Origin: Takakia lepidozioides | Lineage: Eukaryota; Plantae; Bryophyta | Length of the DNA: 64,000 bases | Direction of reading: 5' to 3' | NCBI GenBank assembly: GCA_030704615.1 | Contig: CM060734.1 | Location: forward strand, 10,850,001-10,914,000 | Shown here: piece after piece, positions 1 through 14,408 of the stretch | Layout: each line of letters begins with the position of its first letter | How positions within the stretch are numbered: the stretch's first letter is position 1 | Made by a program: the position numbers and the translations under genes | Notes under the pieces: model-generated | What the model was told of the DNA's origin: nothing | The model's database searches: none | What the model saw: the letters and a program-made list of their open reading frames with translations, nothing else

Positions 1-469
1 TACAATACTTAGAGAAGATTCTGGATTTGACCGAGGTGCCAGTAGCTAGTAAGGCTGCGACATCCTCACAAAAATTATTAAAATTATTGAAATCAACTTT
101 CAAATTTCAAACATAATAATAATAATAATAATAACAACAACAACAATAAAATGTTTATTTTCTTAAAGTTTCACAAAAAATTATGGAAACGATTGAAATC
201 AACTTTCAAATCTTTATGGTTATTCTATTAGCACTTGTATTAAACAACATCATTTACATCTAAACCGTCATTAACCCTTAAGGGCCTAGGACCCGTGTCG
301 GGTATTGAAACAAAAAGAGAGAGAGAGAGAGATGACTCCGGCAAAAAGCCGGCGTAACTAAGAGCCACTTCACCTTGCGGCTACTGCCCCCTATCGGGGT
401 GGGCCCTATAGGAAACAAAAAAACACCAAAAAAAAAAAAGGTGGGGGGGGGGAGTGAATGAGCAGCTGT

Positions 470-2866
470 TGCTGAGGCTGCTGCTCAGTCAACCCCCCCC
501 CCCCCCCCCTCTTTTTTTTTTTTCTTTGTTGCCCCCTATCTCCCTCTCTCTCCCTCTGGACACTGGGCTTATGGAATTGTTGTCCCGACTTCCATCCTTG
601 AGGAAATTGAAAAAAATTGCAAAATTGGGTTGCAGGGAATTTTAGATGTTCTTTATCCATTTTTTATTTATTTTTAACTATATTTTTAGTGAAATATTTC
701 TTCACTAAAAAAATTGTGAAATTCCCGTCAGTTTCTACTTTTTCAATCCAACCTGGATGAAAAAAAGACCAGGACCTAAATACAGGGCAAAACAGTTTAT
801 TTTAATATAAAAAATCCCCCATGTTTTTCATCTAACCTAGATGAAATACAGACTACATCCGTTGAAGTGCAAGGCAGGATGAAAGCACGATGTCTTTCAT
901 CTTCCACGAATGAGAAACGGACAACGTCCGTCGGACGGACAGACTGGCGGATGTTTTTCATCTTGAGAAGGATGGATGACGGGTCAGGCAGGGGAAAACC
1001 CTGCGCAACCCTGCCTTTCTTTTTGCGCTGCGAGAGCGCGCGCGATGGCGGCTTGTGAGGAGCGATGGTGCTCGTGCTACAGATACCTTGAGCTACCAAT
1101 TGTTGAGTGTTTATGGCTCCTGTGAGCGACGCCTGGGCGAGCTCTTTAAGGCGATGGCGGTGGCTTAGTGATGAGGGAAGATTCCCTGTCTCAGTTGTCT
1201 GTTTTTTTGCTCCACAAGGGAACCGCGGCAGTGATGGCGAAGGCACCACCTGCATGCCTAGGACGTTTCCCTAGCATCCCTCCTCTGGATCTTTGATGAA
1301 TGTCGGCACAAAGAAGTTTCTCTCCTCCCTTTATAAACCCTACCTTTTGAAACCAAGCTTTTTTTTTCTTGTGCTTGGCAAGATCTGCTTTGGTTAAGGT
1401 AGCAGTGCTGTGGTGCTGGCGGAGTCCTCCCTGCACGGTTAGGCTTGTGGAGAGATGGTGACTCTCCCCCAAACAGTAAAAAAGGTTTTTTTTTCTGTTG
1501 ATTTTGCTTCTTTGTTTCCTTTGGCATTCTCTGCGCTTAGATTGAAGTGTATTGGACCTCGATAGCAAGTGTGGAAGCCTGCTACTCACCTCGTGCATCC
1601 TCACTAACTCACAATGCGTTGTGGTTGTTTTTGGGACGGGCACAGGTGAGGGCTTCCACTTAATATTCTGATGTCTAAGTGCTGCTGGATGCCAAGTGGG
1701 ATTGCAGAGCAGGGGAAGGAATCGTTTGCCAGGGACTCATCCTAAAATGTTGAAAAACTAAACTACTCTATGGTTTTTCTTGATCCTGCCTCTTTCCTTC
1801 CTTGATTTTTGAAGAACAAGTGTAATGCTTTCTACGGTGGGCTAGTTCGGCCCAGCCAGTGGAAAGACTCTGTTATGATGTGACAGTCGAGTTTAGGATG
1901 GCTTGTGTGAGAGACACACATCTGTTTTCCAGGCCCTAGTTTGTTTTGCTTACCTTATGGTAGTTGGAACAAATTGAGAGGCTGCAAGGAACTGTTTGCT
2001 GCAGCTACTCGGGTACCTCTGTTTAAAAGACCCCAGTTATGGTCCAACCCAGATGGCTTTGATTAGCTAGATGCTTAGGCCAGGGTATGGTGAAGTTTCT
2101 GCTTGTGGCTATTCGGCTGACACTGAAATATAACAGTAATATAAATGGTAACCGGTTTTTTAGGCAGCCAGGGTGGTCAAGTGGAAATACCCCCTGGACA
2201 TGGTGTAATGACATGGTCAAATGTGGAATGATGTGAAGGGTGTACTGACAGTACCGTATATTGTCACAGGATGTGTATGCAGTCCTTTATATTTACCTTG
2301 CTTTGTCATGAGCTTTGATTTTCAGCTGTAGCAAGAAATAAAGGTATAGGGGTGTTCTGGAAAACTTACCAGACATATCCACATCCCCTGTGGGGGCAAG
2401 CTGTACTGCACACCAGTCTAAACAAATACTGGCAAGGCAAGGTATTTAAATCTGTGATATCCAAGTGTTCATTTCTTTTTTAAGAAAACCCTCCATGACA
2501 CCCATGGGGTTTTAGTAAGTATGCTTGGATTACAGCTTGCAGACAGTAAATCTGTATGACTATGTGACCTGCACCACATCAAGGCCAAAATATGGCCAAG
2601 TACCCGCCATCCCACCCAGACCTATGTAAGTGTATCATGATCTTGACTGGTGGTCAATCAGCATCAGTGGCATACTCTCTGGATTATGAATCATACTGAC
2701 ATGAACACATTACTGTGCATGGATGTAATTCTGGATTTTCTAAGCTTGATGATTGATGGATGGTGCCACTGTTAAGTGGCTGATATGTCTATTTATTCTT
2801 TCATGACAACGACCCTAGGGGTCCTGTCTTTGTCTTGACATGATAAAAAGTATCTTCCCTCTCTTA
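470..2866. repeat. Unclassified ~2.4-kb dispersed repeat (repeat Y), copy 1, with degenerate coding remnants
   Basis: Colinear, highly similar to 31003-33348 from 'gctgctca..ccccc' to 'gtatcttccctctctt'. Has GGATGAAA/TTTCATCC motif clusters (~740-980). No recognisable domain. Confidence 0.85.
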
Positions 2867-3176
2867 CTGTCCAGTATGCTTAGTGGTTTCTGCATACACT
2901 ATCCCTTGGTCACAAGGCTAAATTTCCAGTTTATGTGCAGAGTTCCACCAAACAGACTCCGGAATGGATTGCTGAGCTAGGTGCTTATGGTAACTATATT
3001 GATGCAAGGATCAACATTAACATACTATATGAACATATCAATATTAACATGTTTTAGATCATGAAGATAGCTCTTCTTTGATAGTTGTTTGACTATCATA
3101 TCTACTAGTATTACAATGCTAGCATGACAATCTTAAGTCGACTCTCATTAGATCTCTATGGATCGGTTGAGCACTA

Positions 3177-3578
3177 GCTCTGATACCATGTTATAAAATA
3201 CTAGCACTCAAACGTTAGTGTAGAATGAGTATGATTACTCAATTTTATGTATGTAAGAATGACTAAGAATGAGAGAGAAGAAGACAGGACAATGTCTCTT
3301 CAACAACTCAACAGTCATACCTTAAAAGGTTGTGACCCTTCGTATAGACGTATCCATTCTATATGGATGTTAACTTACATAATCTAAATGTTGAATTACA
3401 TCCAACATGGCGCACTACTCCTGTGTGCACTAGCTTTTTTTTTGGCGAACATTACTGCTCTTGGCGTTGAGTTTGTGCACTTGTAAGCACATATAGTCAT
3501 AATTCATGCAGAGATTGTCACCATGCTGTTCTGAAAATTGAGACACTGAATGCCATGAGAAGCACTATTATTTCAACA
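3177..3578 (-). mobile_element. Truncated LTR retrotransposon: ~390-bp LTR (3189-3578) plus tRNA-iMet primer binding site
   Basis: gctctgatacca at 3177-3188 is the reverse complement of PBS TGGTATCAGAGC and directly abuts a TGTT...AACA-bounded segment. Confidence 0.75.
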
Positions 3579-4227
3579 CCTCTGTGCAAGTGAAGAATAA
3601 AGAATGAAGTTGGGAACAAGCGGAAGTGGTGGTTGGACTAGCTCCAACCAACGTCTTCTACTTGTGCATGCCCATGGCTTATGCAGAGGGCACACATGTA
3701 AGCCTGCTTAAAAGGGGGTGCAAACTGTACCATTCTGCGGATCCCCCATCCCCACATTTCATGTATCTGCTGAGTTCAAACTAGATTGGCATAGCCATGC
3801 CATTGGTGTACTGCTCTATCCCCTATTCTACAACTCTTCAGTAATTAATGGCTCCCCTCTTGATCTAATGTAAAACATACCAATAAGTTAGCATCTGCTC
3901 CCAACTTTCATAAGCCTAAAATCTGTGGGGGTTGCAACTTCCCTGCTTCAAGTGGATACAAGTAAGAGCTCAATCTCCTTTGCCATGTTCACCTCCTTGC
4001 ATTCTGTTATGTCTGTAACGAGAACACACACCTGCTTGGGGCAACTCACACCATGGCACCAGTGGGAAGAGATGGCCGTGTTCGTGTGATGAATGCCCAT
4101 GGGGAGGTGAGCACGATTCTTTCAAGCACAAACCTAGCCCCTTGAGGTCACAACCATTTGCCTAAAAGCTGGCAGAGAGAAACCACCTGCTTGTGCTGCA
4201 AAATCTGTGGTGGAGATTCTTGGCACA

Positions 4228-7200
4228 TTACATTCTTGAAATTTGCAATGGAGCCCACTCTTCCTCTGCCATGACTGGCTGAAACAACTCCAATTCACGG
4301 CACCGCTCAGCAAAGCGCTTCCGGCACTCATCTGCAGCCAGAACACCTGTAGAGAAAGCACCATGCACTGTGCCTGGAAATCTCTGACTGGTGGCTTCCC
4401 CAGCCCAGAAGAGATTCTCGATCGGTGAGCGTAACCGCTCATACAAGTCATGTGGCTTGCCAACCGCATCATAGCTGTAGCAACCCATAGAGCTTGGGTC
4501 TGTTCCCCAGCGTGAAACCAAACATTGTAACTGCAGTATCAAACATGTGGTTAGAAGTGCATTTCTTCATCATCGAATGTGGAGGAGGCAGTGGCAGTAC
4601 ATAATCTCATCACTTCCAAAGTCCACTCCATAGAGACTTGTGCCCCACAATGGGAAGAACGTACCGGCTCAGAAGCATTGGGCAGTATTCTCTTCAACTG
4701 CAAGATAGCAAAGCTGGCAGCCGCCTCATCTGACAGCTTCTCTATATCGTTCGCAAGACGCCCTGCATGGACGTTTCTCTTGTCAGGACAGTTGAAAGTA
4801 CATATATATTGGCAAATCCATAAGAATTGACTGCACAGCATAATGACCAGATTTAGGATAGTGTGGACCTTAGTATATTATCATGTGGAAAAGGCTAATT
4901 GGAGCTACCACATGCTAGCTCTAGACCCAGAGCTTATACTTTTGCCAACTGCATATGCAGTGCTGTTTTTTCTCTCAAGCAGGGATATATTGGTGGAAAT
5001 TATTACCTGCAGGCATGTATATCAAAACAGGGTGGCCAGTGGCTTTGTGAAGATTCAAAAAGTAGCTGCATCCGTACGAGGTGGGTGCAACCACTCCAAG
5101 AAACTCCACATTGGGCCAGCATACACTCTCAAAATACAGCGCAATCTTGTTCTCGTTACCAATACCAAGATCAGAGATTGCTCTCTCTTTCCAATCCGGT
5201 AATCTGGGCTCAAATCGCATCAAGTTGGCTTTGAGCACCCCCAAAGGCACTGCGATTATCGCCGCATCTGCATCAAATATCTTCCCATCCTCTGTGGTGA
5301 CTCGCACCCCGTGGTGCCACCGACTAACTTTCATTACCCTGTCGAGAAAAGCATCATTGTTAAGCACAATGACAGCTCGTTCCCTTCAGACCCCTTACCC
5401 ACTTTGGCCCCTAGCATCCCCATCCCATATCGTATTTCATCTTCTAGGACAGCTTCAATGATTCAAGCAACTTTCGGTTGTCTCACCAAGCATGCTATTT
5501 ATGTAGTTGTGATGACGGCCAATAATTGTATAACAGCTCCAAACACCAGCACCAATTATTTGACACTTGATATGCTGTATACAGAGTGAACTCTGCTACT
5601 CAATAGGTTCATAAAACAAACTTATCTCGACAGAGAGCTCGGAAAATCCATTACACCACATAATAATGATCTACTTTGGATTTTGTGTATCTCACAAAAG
5701 ATCTTCTTAAGAATGGGCAGATGTTTCCACATCAAGCATACGCTCATATTTACATGAGTAAAAATGCTTTGGGAGAAGGAAAACTGCAAACCTATGATTG
5801 AGACGAATATCAAGTCCTTCAGAGAGAGAGACAATGACAGGCTCATAGCCTCTCACCATCAACCCATGTCCTCCCTCCAACAACTCTTCCTGCAGAAGCA
5901 CACCATTAGTCAATCCTCCTTGCAGCCAATTTCAAAATCCTCCAATCAGAACCCCACCACAGATTGTAGAATACGTTCCAGAATTAGAGAGCTATTTCAC
6001 CAGCTGTCTGAGCTGCGACATCCCTAAAAGCCCATAAGCTTATCCCCCAAATCATAGGTGTGACATAAGGGGTCAGGTTCTGAATAAGACATTTCTTAGA
6101 ACATTGGCCATGATACTTATGACTGCATACCTCATCCCAACTTTGCACAGAGATGTTGTCTGCATCAGCAGCAAACCAGCCCTCCATGCGACACAAATAC
6201 CACTGCAAAACCTTGTGTGCCATTCCCTCTTGCCTGAACAATGAAACCAATAATTGTTGACATCAGAATGCTGACCCAACTGACCAAAACTAGGTATCAG
6301 CCCATGAAATATCTCTGAAGTGCATTAAGTACCTGTTAACCTCAATCTCTTCATGCTAACTAGAAAATGTGTTCATCTCCTGCCAGTATTCCCATCCTCT
6401 GCCTTTCCCCACTCTAGAAAAATGTTTCGAAAAATCAGAAATGACCTAATGTACTACTGCAGCTGCTCTCACGAAAAAGCCAATGCTATTATGCCATTGA
6501 TCAGAGTGGTGCACGACAGTGAGTGTTTGTTTTGACCTTATTGCAGTCATCAGCACAACCAAGATCGTATTGTAGAAGATTATGCTCAACCATGCATGCA
6601 CTGCAGTTGTCAATAAAAAGGCTAACCCTAAGGAGGAACTGGCACAAGTCCTAACCTCAAGTCAGGACGTCTATCCAACACCATCGAGAATGCCTTCAGC
6701 ACCGACATGTCATCTGGGAATTCATCCCGAAGTTTCTTTGTCTGGGATGAAAAACAGATTATGGCCACGATTAGCCTGTATAACACTCTCCATGAATGAA
6801 TGACTTATGCAAGAAAGAAGCTGCAAGGAGAGACTGGGTGGTCCAGCATGGACACACTTTGGTGAGAAGCTGGACATGAACACATTAACGTGTGGGAAAG
6901 AGAGAGGTCAATGCATGCTGTGCACATGTGCAGAGAACTTATAGACAAAATAGCTTACCTCTTCCAACAAGCTCTCAAAAATCTCCCCAACTTCTGTAAC
7001 CAGAGTTTGTGAAACTTGGTGCCCTTCCATGTCAAAAAGTGCATAGCTGAACAACGCCACACCCCACAACCAACCAACCAACCTTTTCTTCTCAAGACAC
7101 TTCACAACCCCCTTGTCCAGATGCTACCATATATCTCAAGCTTTTTCTCTCCAATTCCCACACCTTTCGTATCCATTACACCTAGTACTGAATGGTCCCC

Positions 7201-9223
7201 CAGGTCTGTAAAAGCTGGGAATGACTGTGCGCAAGCCTTTGCAACACTGGCCAACAATCTAACCCCAGTTAATGGATGGAACCCCAAAGTGTCTTTGTTT
7301 CAGATCTACAGAAGTTTACTGATGTTGCAGAATCCTGCACCTACTTGCTCCAAGAGCTTCCCCCTATTCAGCCCTACCTGTCAACGGGGGAGGATACATC
7401 TGTCTGCCACCATACCTTACGGGGAAGGTAAGGAATTAAATTTCCAGGTGTTAGTTGCTACGAGACGGACATCCACAATAGTTGTGTAGTCTCACACATC
7501 TAACAGCTAACAGTACTCTTTGCCCGATCTCCCCACCCTTTCAATCTCAACTCCCACAACCACGGCTGGATCCCAAGGCAATCAAAATAAGCAATGAGTT
7601 CTAAATTAGAATCAGAAAGGCTGTGATGTACTTTTAAGAACACGCCCGAAGATCACAATGCCAAGACGGGCTTCTAAAGTAAAAGATTGAGCAAGAGCTC
7701 TCTAAGACACCAGCAGAAGGGAACTGTTGTACATGTTCGTAGGCTTCAGCTGCCAGCTTCTGATAGCAGTAGGAGGAGCAGCAATTTGTCAACAATCTGA
7801 CAACATGAAAAACACTGTGTGTTCCTTGTGTAGTGGTATATAACACAGATGGCAGAGGCGTGTGCTATGTTCATGGTCTTGCTTCCAAATCAGCTGTTAT
7901 ATGATAATTGAACTACAACTTTGACAGATGAAGAATATTCAGTTAACTCCATTTTAAAGTACAGCAATCCTTCTGGCATGCTTATATCCAAGATTTATCT
8001 CAATGAATTGGGTGAATCTTTGTCCCTTTGGAGATAGGAAACACAAAGAAAGATAGGTAAAAAACTGGCCATGTCGGGTTGCAGCTGAGCCCAGGTATGC
8101 TTTATAACGAAACAGGACATATGTACTCAAGGATTGGAAACCTTGTCACCTGCCTTACACGTGTGAGCCCACTGGCTACAGCTAAACGCTGCTGACACAG
8201 ACAGTACGGTGGGTGGCTCCTACCGTACCTAGCTCTTGGACAGTCTTCAAGTTCCAGACTGCAGGTCCTCAACCCATCAGACATCTTCCACTTGAGATAA
8301 CTACACAGGTGTCAGAATAGATGTCACCAGCAAACAGAGACAGATGTGTTCAATCCAGCACTGGACTAAAGATTAAAAACCGTACCTCTCTAGATCGTGA
8401 TCGTAGAGCACTGAATTGTCGCCACTCGTCCGGTACAAGGGTAACCGCAGCTTCCCTATCACCCCAGCCAAAGGATTGTCTTTACTAACGCCATGCAACC
8501 TGCAAACAACTAGTAGGCTGTGAGCTCCAGAGGAGGCTTAATCGAAGCACAATCACTGCAAACAATAACTACAAACATCTTATATCCTGCCGTTGAAAAG
8601 GTCCAGCCGAAACTTGCTGACACGTGAAGTTTGAGCAAGCGTACATTCCATGACCATGTTGACGTCTAGTACGATGTCAAAGAAATCATCGAAGGAGTAT
8701 AAAGGTTTACCAGGAGGCGCCCATATCGACGGGAAAACCGAAAGAGTAATCCGTGTATACACGGCCGCCTATCCGGTCCCTGGACTCTAAGACTACAACC
8801 TGCACAACTACAACATCTGGCATCAGAGACGTGTCCAGAAACTAAGAGTGAAGACCTATCATGATAATTTCTCTTTCAGGTAGAGTGCAAAGGATTCAGA
8901 AATTGATGGTCACATTACAGCAGCAAACGTGTACGTATGCAGAAGGACGGCAGGTTTTTGTGCATCCACAAACCCTCCATTAACAAACTCACAAAGCCAA
9001 ATAAAAGAATAAAGGCGAGCGTGATGACCGTGCAAGACAAACCTGCTACAGACACTCAACACCCGTGCTAGCAAGGGGAACTGGAGTCACAGACATCATC
9101 GACTTACTGTATGCATGTATCCTTTCACTACCTTGAAGTGTGAGTTATGGAGAAAACGCGCTGCAGCTAGGCCTGCGAATCCCGCACCAATTACAACCAC
9201 TGATGGTGTGGACGGCGTTGAGC
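4228..9223 (-). CDS. PAO: Peroxisomal polyamine oxidase (flavin amine oxidase, AtPAO2/3/4 type). Exons 9223-9132, 8799-8711, 8499-8386, 7046-6959, 6741-6656, 6233-6131, 5889-5792, 5338-5007, 4762-4665, 4530-4228. Start exon unresolved (candidate ATGs at 9433 or 9652)
   Basis: All introns are GT-AG and phases join into one frame. FAD-binding [14 protein letters not shown]; [30 protein letters not shown]; [12 protein letters not shown]; [10 protein letters not shown]; [19 protein letters not shown]; C-terminal PTS1 SRM. Confidence 0.95.
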
Positions 9224-9816
9224 CTGCACAAAATTCGATCTCCTGTGTGACTTTGGGAGCTTGGATATTAAATATCAATCTATACATATAAAAACCAGCT
9301 GGATAGGAGAATTATTAATATCTACTGCAATGCCCCGCCCTTAATTGGCAAGAACCTCACTGATTTGTTATGTTCCATGCATGCTTGCGAGCAGATCTTC
9401 AGACCCTTCGACAAGTGATCGATCCAAATCCATGAAACTCGGGACGCACCTTGAGATTTATTTGTCAGTATGTGAAAAGAATGCCTGCTACTCTACTGGG
9501 TATGGCTCCTACAGGCCAGTGAGAGGTTCCAAGATGCATACTGCTATTTGACGTGCCACTGCATGAATGCCGAAATAGTGAGGTGAGTGGAATAGGTCCA
9601 TATGAGTACATATTCTTACACGTTGTAAGGATTGGTTACCAAAACGCAACATTGGTGTTTCGTGCGAGTCTGTGGTCACCAGTCCTGCTCGGGGAGAGAG
9701 GAGAAAGATGGAGATTGACAGACAGAGAGAGAGAAGCGGGCTACATTTTGATAGAACTGCTAAGTCGGAGTAATTCTAATTCCACAAAGGCCCGAAAGTA
9801 GTAAATCTGGAGTGTG

Positions 9817-10008
9817 TCACAAGAAAGACTGGAAGTGGTTGTGAGGTTTAGGCGAGCGAGGATGAGCACAGCAACACACCAGAATCACTTCTGGATGTAA
9901 GTTGCTCCTTGCGCGCCATAGATGGCGTTTAGTGCGCTGCGAGTGGCCTTCCAGTTGTGAAACTTCAAAAGAGCGCCGTGGATGACACAAAAATACACAG
10001 GCACTCAT
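9817..10008 (-). promoter_or_regulatory. Candidate upstream ORF (63 aa) in the PAO 5' leader
   Basis: ATG-initiated ORF on the PAO strand just upstream of the first coding exons. Angiosperm PAO2-type genes are known to carry a conserved uORF of about this size. Homology was not verified. Confidence 0.5.
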
Positions 10009-12914
10009 GCAGAGAGAGATTCGGAGACGAGGTTAGGCACAAAGATTTTATAAGATCGACAATCCTCTGAAGAGAAATCAAGTTGTTGAAAACCACCACC
10101 TAAATGCTCACAACCAGCTGTCGCGATGACACCACCAAGGTTGAAAGAGCACAGTGTGACAAGATCCCTTGGCACAAGAGTTAAAAGTGACCAGACAGTG
10201 TACGGATCAAGGGGATAGAGAACAAGGCCAGACCAGACAAAGCAGGCAGGCAGAAAAGATAACGCAGGCGGAGAGGCGAAAGCAGGCTGTGAAGGACTTG
10301 ATGAAACAGATGGGACTGCAGCCACTAACGTTGCCAATGCCGCTCTCGAATATAACGGACTGCAGAGTAACAAGAGGACAAAGGGAATATAGTTTTTTAT
10401 CCTCCTTCCTGCTCTTCCCACCAAGAATATTATCGTCCACAGCGCCTCGTCAGGACAGAGTCTGACAAAGTGCAGCATGACGTCCCCGCGCCGCGCCCCC
10501 CCACCTCTCCTCCCCTCTCGTGGACGATCGCTGCTCCCCCACCCCGCAGGCACGCACGCACGCACGCGAGCCTGCGAGACGACCCACACTATCCTCGTCG
10601 CGCCACGCGGCGCCCAACCGCTTGTGTACGGCCCACCAACCCCCTCCGTCTGCGTCCCCTTGACCCAGTCAACCCCTCCTTTCCCCAGCCCCACGTGGCG
10701 CCGCTTCTTCCTGTCCGCCCCAGTTAACATTACCTCCACAAAGGTCCTTCCCATCGCTCTCTGGTGTCCGTTCCCCGTTACAATTTCCCCGATGGCCTTT
10801 GTTTACAACAATGTGCTGGATAAACAATTTTCTTATACTACGGTATATGTATACAGAAATAAAATATATATTGTGTGGAGACAGAGCGACTGTTCGCGCC
10901 AACATAGAAGGCCGGAATAGGGAGGAAGGCTTGGGCAAAACTCTCTGCAGATGTCCCAAGAAGACCCCAACAAGCGGCAGCAATCCACGGTCAGTTCGCC
11001 AGCACTTGGGCAAGAAACGTCCTTCTCTGCACTGGGCTCCTCACCATCCCAGTGTGCTTGGGCAGCTCAACCGCCAGATCGATGGCCAGAACTCAACACA
11101 CCCCTCCATGGTGGCGTCCTCCCAGTTTGACAGGGATATCAATTGGCGCCACATCAAATCGACTGCTAGACTGAAATTTCGCTGAGATCCTTTCATGCAC
11201 ACAAATAAGCTTCGGACAGGTTCCAAGCGGCTGCTAAGCCATTCACCTCATGGATTCCTTGTAGATCTCACCAGTCCAGAAGCGACTGCCTACATTCAAA
11301 GCAACCCCCTACGGGTGTGACTTCTACATAGGGCTTGTAACCCTAGGTTGTCTTCATCTTTTCCCTTCAGGAGGTTAGTTCGTTCGCTGACTACGGTGTG
11401 TGTACCTCACGGTGTAATCTGGGGTTTTAATTTTTTTCCCCACAATAAACTCAATAAAATTAATTCAGGGCCTTCCCCTGTTCCAAAACAAAAAAAAAAA
11501 AGGCCGGAATTGTCCAACTCAGAGGAGATGGCACGTGTCTGGATCAAAGTTCCGTGTGGAATAACGACATCTCCAAACACCCGCACAAGCAATCATTCCG
11601 TCGCTCATTCTCCAGTCCCACAAAATAATTCAACCCACCGAGCACTACCGACGTCATCATCTTTTGCGAATGATTTGTATCATATTGATGATTGCCCTAC
11701 GCATGTCGTCCCTACAAAAACCTACTCCACTTTGACACGTGCACTAATTACCCCCCCCAAAAAAAACTCTAGTCCAGAGCCATTGGTTCTTCCAATGCCG
11801 TGCCAATTTTCGACCTTCCATAAATTAAACAGTGTCTTTCTCCACCCCGTCTCCTCACTTGGTCATGCCATCTGCCTACTGGCTAAATTTTCCTTAAAAT
11901 GAAACTTGGGCTACATATTGTGTCTGACAGTTGAAAGGGGTAATATATTTTTTTTAAATGAGGGGATAGTGGCTCTTTCATCAATTTTTTTTTTTTTCAA
12001 AAAGGGCCCGAGGGAGGCCCATATATTAAAAGAGGAAAAAATAACCTCTCATGACATGCCATGGAGGCTGAAATCAAACTCTTGTATGACGAAACTCACC
12101 TTACCCAAACTTTTTTTTTTTTTTTTGCAAAAGGGGATTAGAGAACCGCTTTATTGGAAAACTAAGGAAAAAATTACCTGACAAAAGGGTCCAAACTTTT
12201 TTTTCCCTGCTCAATAGGTCTTACAACCGCATGAATTGTATACAAGTATACAATTTTCTACAGTAGTTATTGAATAATTTCAGGCGGCCAGGGGAAGTTT
12301 GATTCCAAAATTATTCCTGTCAGGTTTATTGTCCATTTACTAAAATATGGTTTTTTTTGGTGTCACTATGTCCGATTGTTCGCAGGGACAGGACAGGGAT
12401 CGTTGTGGGAAGCCCGTGGGTGTGACGGTATGCATTTCCAATTGTTGTCTTTGGCCATCCCACACCGGCAAACCAAACCAGCCTCCCAGATCGGGCCCTT
12501 TCTCACAAAGCACTCCCATCTAGTGAGACGTTTCATCTGCTCGAGAGATTTTGTTTTTTTGGTGATTTCTTTTTCTGGTGGTAAATCGCCAGATTTTCGA
12601 CCTGGAAAATGGGTCAGCTACTTATACAAAGGAGTTATCAGGGGAAAAAACCGAGAAATTCGCCAAAAAGCACTCGTAGTTGAATATCAGGAGACTGATT
12701 TGCCATCGTGGACGCGTTAAAACTTGCCACCTGTTATATAGCCACTTTTCCAACCCTGCCACCTTGTTATTCTTCACATGTGGCCCTTCTGGCTATATTG
12801 GAGAAATGAAAAAAAACAAACACTCGATTCTGCTCTTTCAGGTTTTTTTTTTATTTTTTATTTTAAGGAAACCTGGGAGCGACTGCTCACAATTCAGGCC
12901 CTTGAGGAGGGGGA

Positions 12915-13075
12915 AAAATTAACCCCCTTTCAGATAAGCCATGAGGCACACAGGTGGGAAACATCACCACCAGACCAACCGGTCACAAACAATCCACACA
13001 CCGCACAGGGCAGCGGGTTCGAACCCTGAACCACCTGGGCGACACACTGTGCACTTACCAGCTGAGCTACCAGCC
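12915..13075 (-). mobile_element. tRNA-derived SINE-like element
   Basis: Minus-strand Pol III A box TAGCTCAGCTGG (13069-13058) and B box GGTTCGAACCC (13025-13015) at tRNA-like spacing. A non-tRNA body and short T tract follow, and no full cloverleaf forms. Confidence 0.7.
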
Positions 13076-14169
13076 GATGTGCGGTATTATAAATTTTAAA
13101 TTCTAATCTTGTTGGTACTTTTTAAATTCTTCGAATAACAAGAGCAACAAACGCGGTAACTTTTGGCCCAGAGCGGGGAAATAGGTCGGACGGGCATGCA
13201 ACGGCGACGGCAATGCCAACCGTCACCGGCCCGCTGGGACGGAAGCGGTACCAGAACCTGTCAGGAGCGTACAGGCCGCGTGGAACGCGAGAGTGGGCAA
13301 GTTGGACGGGACGCGGTCGGACGGACGGATGTCGCCATGTGCGGCGACACGGCCTGCAGAATAAACGTGAGTGTCTGTTAGCGAGGGTGTCGGACGGATT
13401 TGGCCCGTTATTCGTGCCGGTGGCTGTCAACACCGACATGTGTCAGAGCTCACGATCCCGGATGTTGGTCGGCCATAACGCGTTGCTCAGAACATGGTCG
13501 TACAGTGCCAAGGTAGGTACATCATAGAGGTATGCAGAACATGAACCCTGCATTAAAATATCCTCAGATTTCGAGAAGACCATCGATTTTTATTTATTTA
13601 TAAATCTTTTGGAAGCAAAAACCTTGAGAATTTTGCCTGTCACCTCTGCATCATCACATCATACCGTCTCATACCACCGTTCACTATTCAATTATTGTAT
13701 GGACCTTTTTTTTTTTTTTTTAAGGAAAGGGGACAGGGCCCTTTATCAAATTAAGGACTTTGGTACTTACTTACTGGGCATAATCCAGCAGGAAAATGCA
13801 AAAAACAAATGGAAACCACTAGCGGATATAGGGGTCTCGTGCATTGATAGGGTACAACTGCATCAATACGATAAACTACCTGCTCTATCTATACATTTAT
13901 AAACATTCAATAAAATAATCACTTATAAACCAAAATATAGTAAATACTTAAAGCTTCATTTTAATATTAAGCTATTATTCATGGTTCATCTCCAAACGAT
14001 AAACAAAAGACACCATATGTAAACCCTAATTCAATCAAGGTTTTGCAAGGTGAAACCGTGAGTAACAACCAGCAATCCTAAACCTATAGCAGTGGCAGCA
14101 GGGGGTTTCGTGTAGGGTAATGCCCTGACGGGCGGGGAAGGCCCGAAAATCCGGGAATGCCCTCCACTC

Positions 14170-14408
14170 AGGGCATTACCCTGCGTAAAGAAATGGGATG
14201 ATTTATTTATCTTTTCATACAGCTGCGATATTTCTTTATCTTTACCTCCAAGATCTTTTCTCACAAGAAGCTACTAGCAGGGAGAAAGCATAAAGATTAC
14301 GCAGGTGCGTAATGCACTGGTACTTGTGTGGCTGGCTGCTACGCTGTATAATACGCAGATACAAACAAAGAGAAATCAGCCCTAGTTCTTTACGCATGGA
14401 GAAACCCT
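14170..14408. mobile_element. MITE-like element with ~29-bp imperfect TIRs
   Basis: agggcattaccctgcgtaaagaa ... ttctttacgcatggagaaaccct; an extra inverted TIR copy lies at 14114-14128. No TSD found. Confidence 0.4.

Noticed and set aside
10005-10920. 249-aa and overlapping ORFs upstream of PAO
   Set aside because: GC-rich promoter/leader sequence with no protein-like motifs.
11331-12230. Possible TIR element (gggcttgtaa / ttacaaccgc)
   Set aside because: The match is short and imperfect and there is no TSD.
13005-13075. Functional tRNA gene
   Set aside because: A and B boxes are present, but acceptor and anticodon stems do not pair convincingly; it fits a SINE head better.
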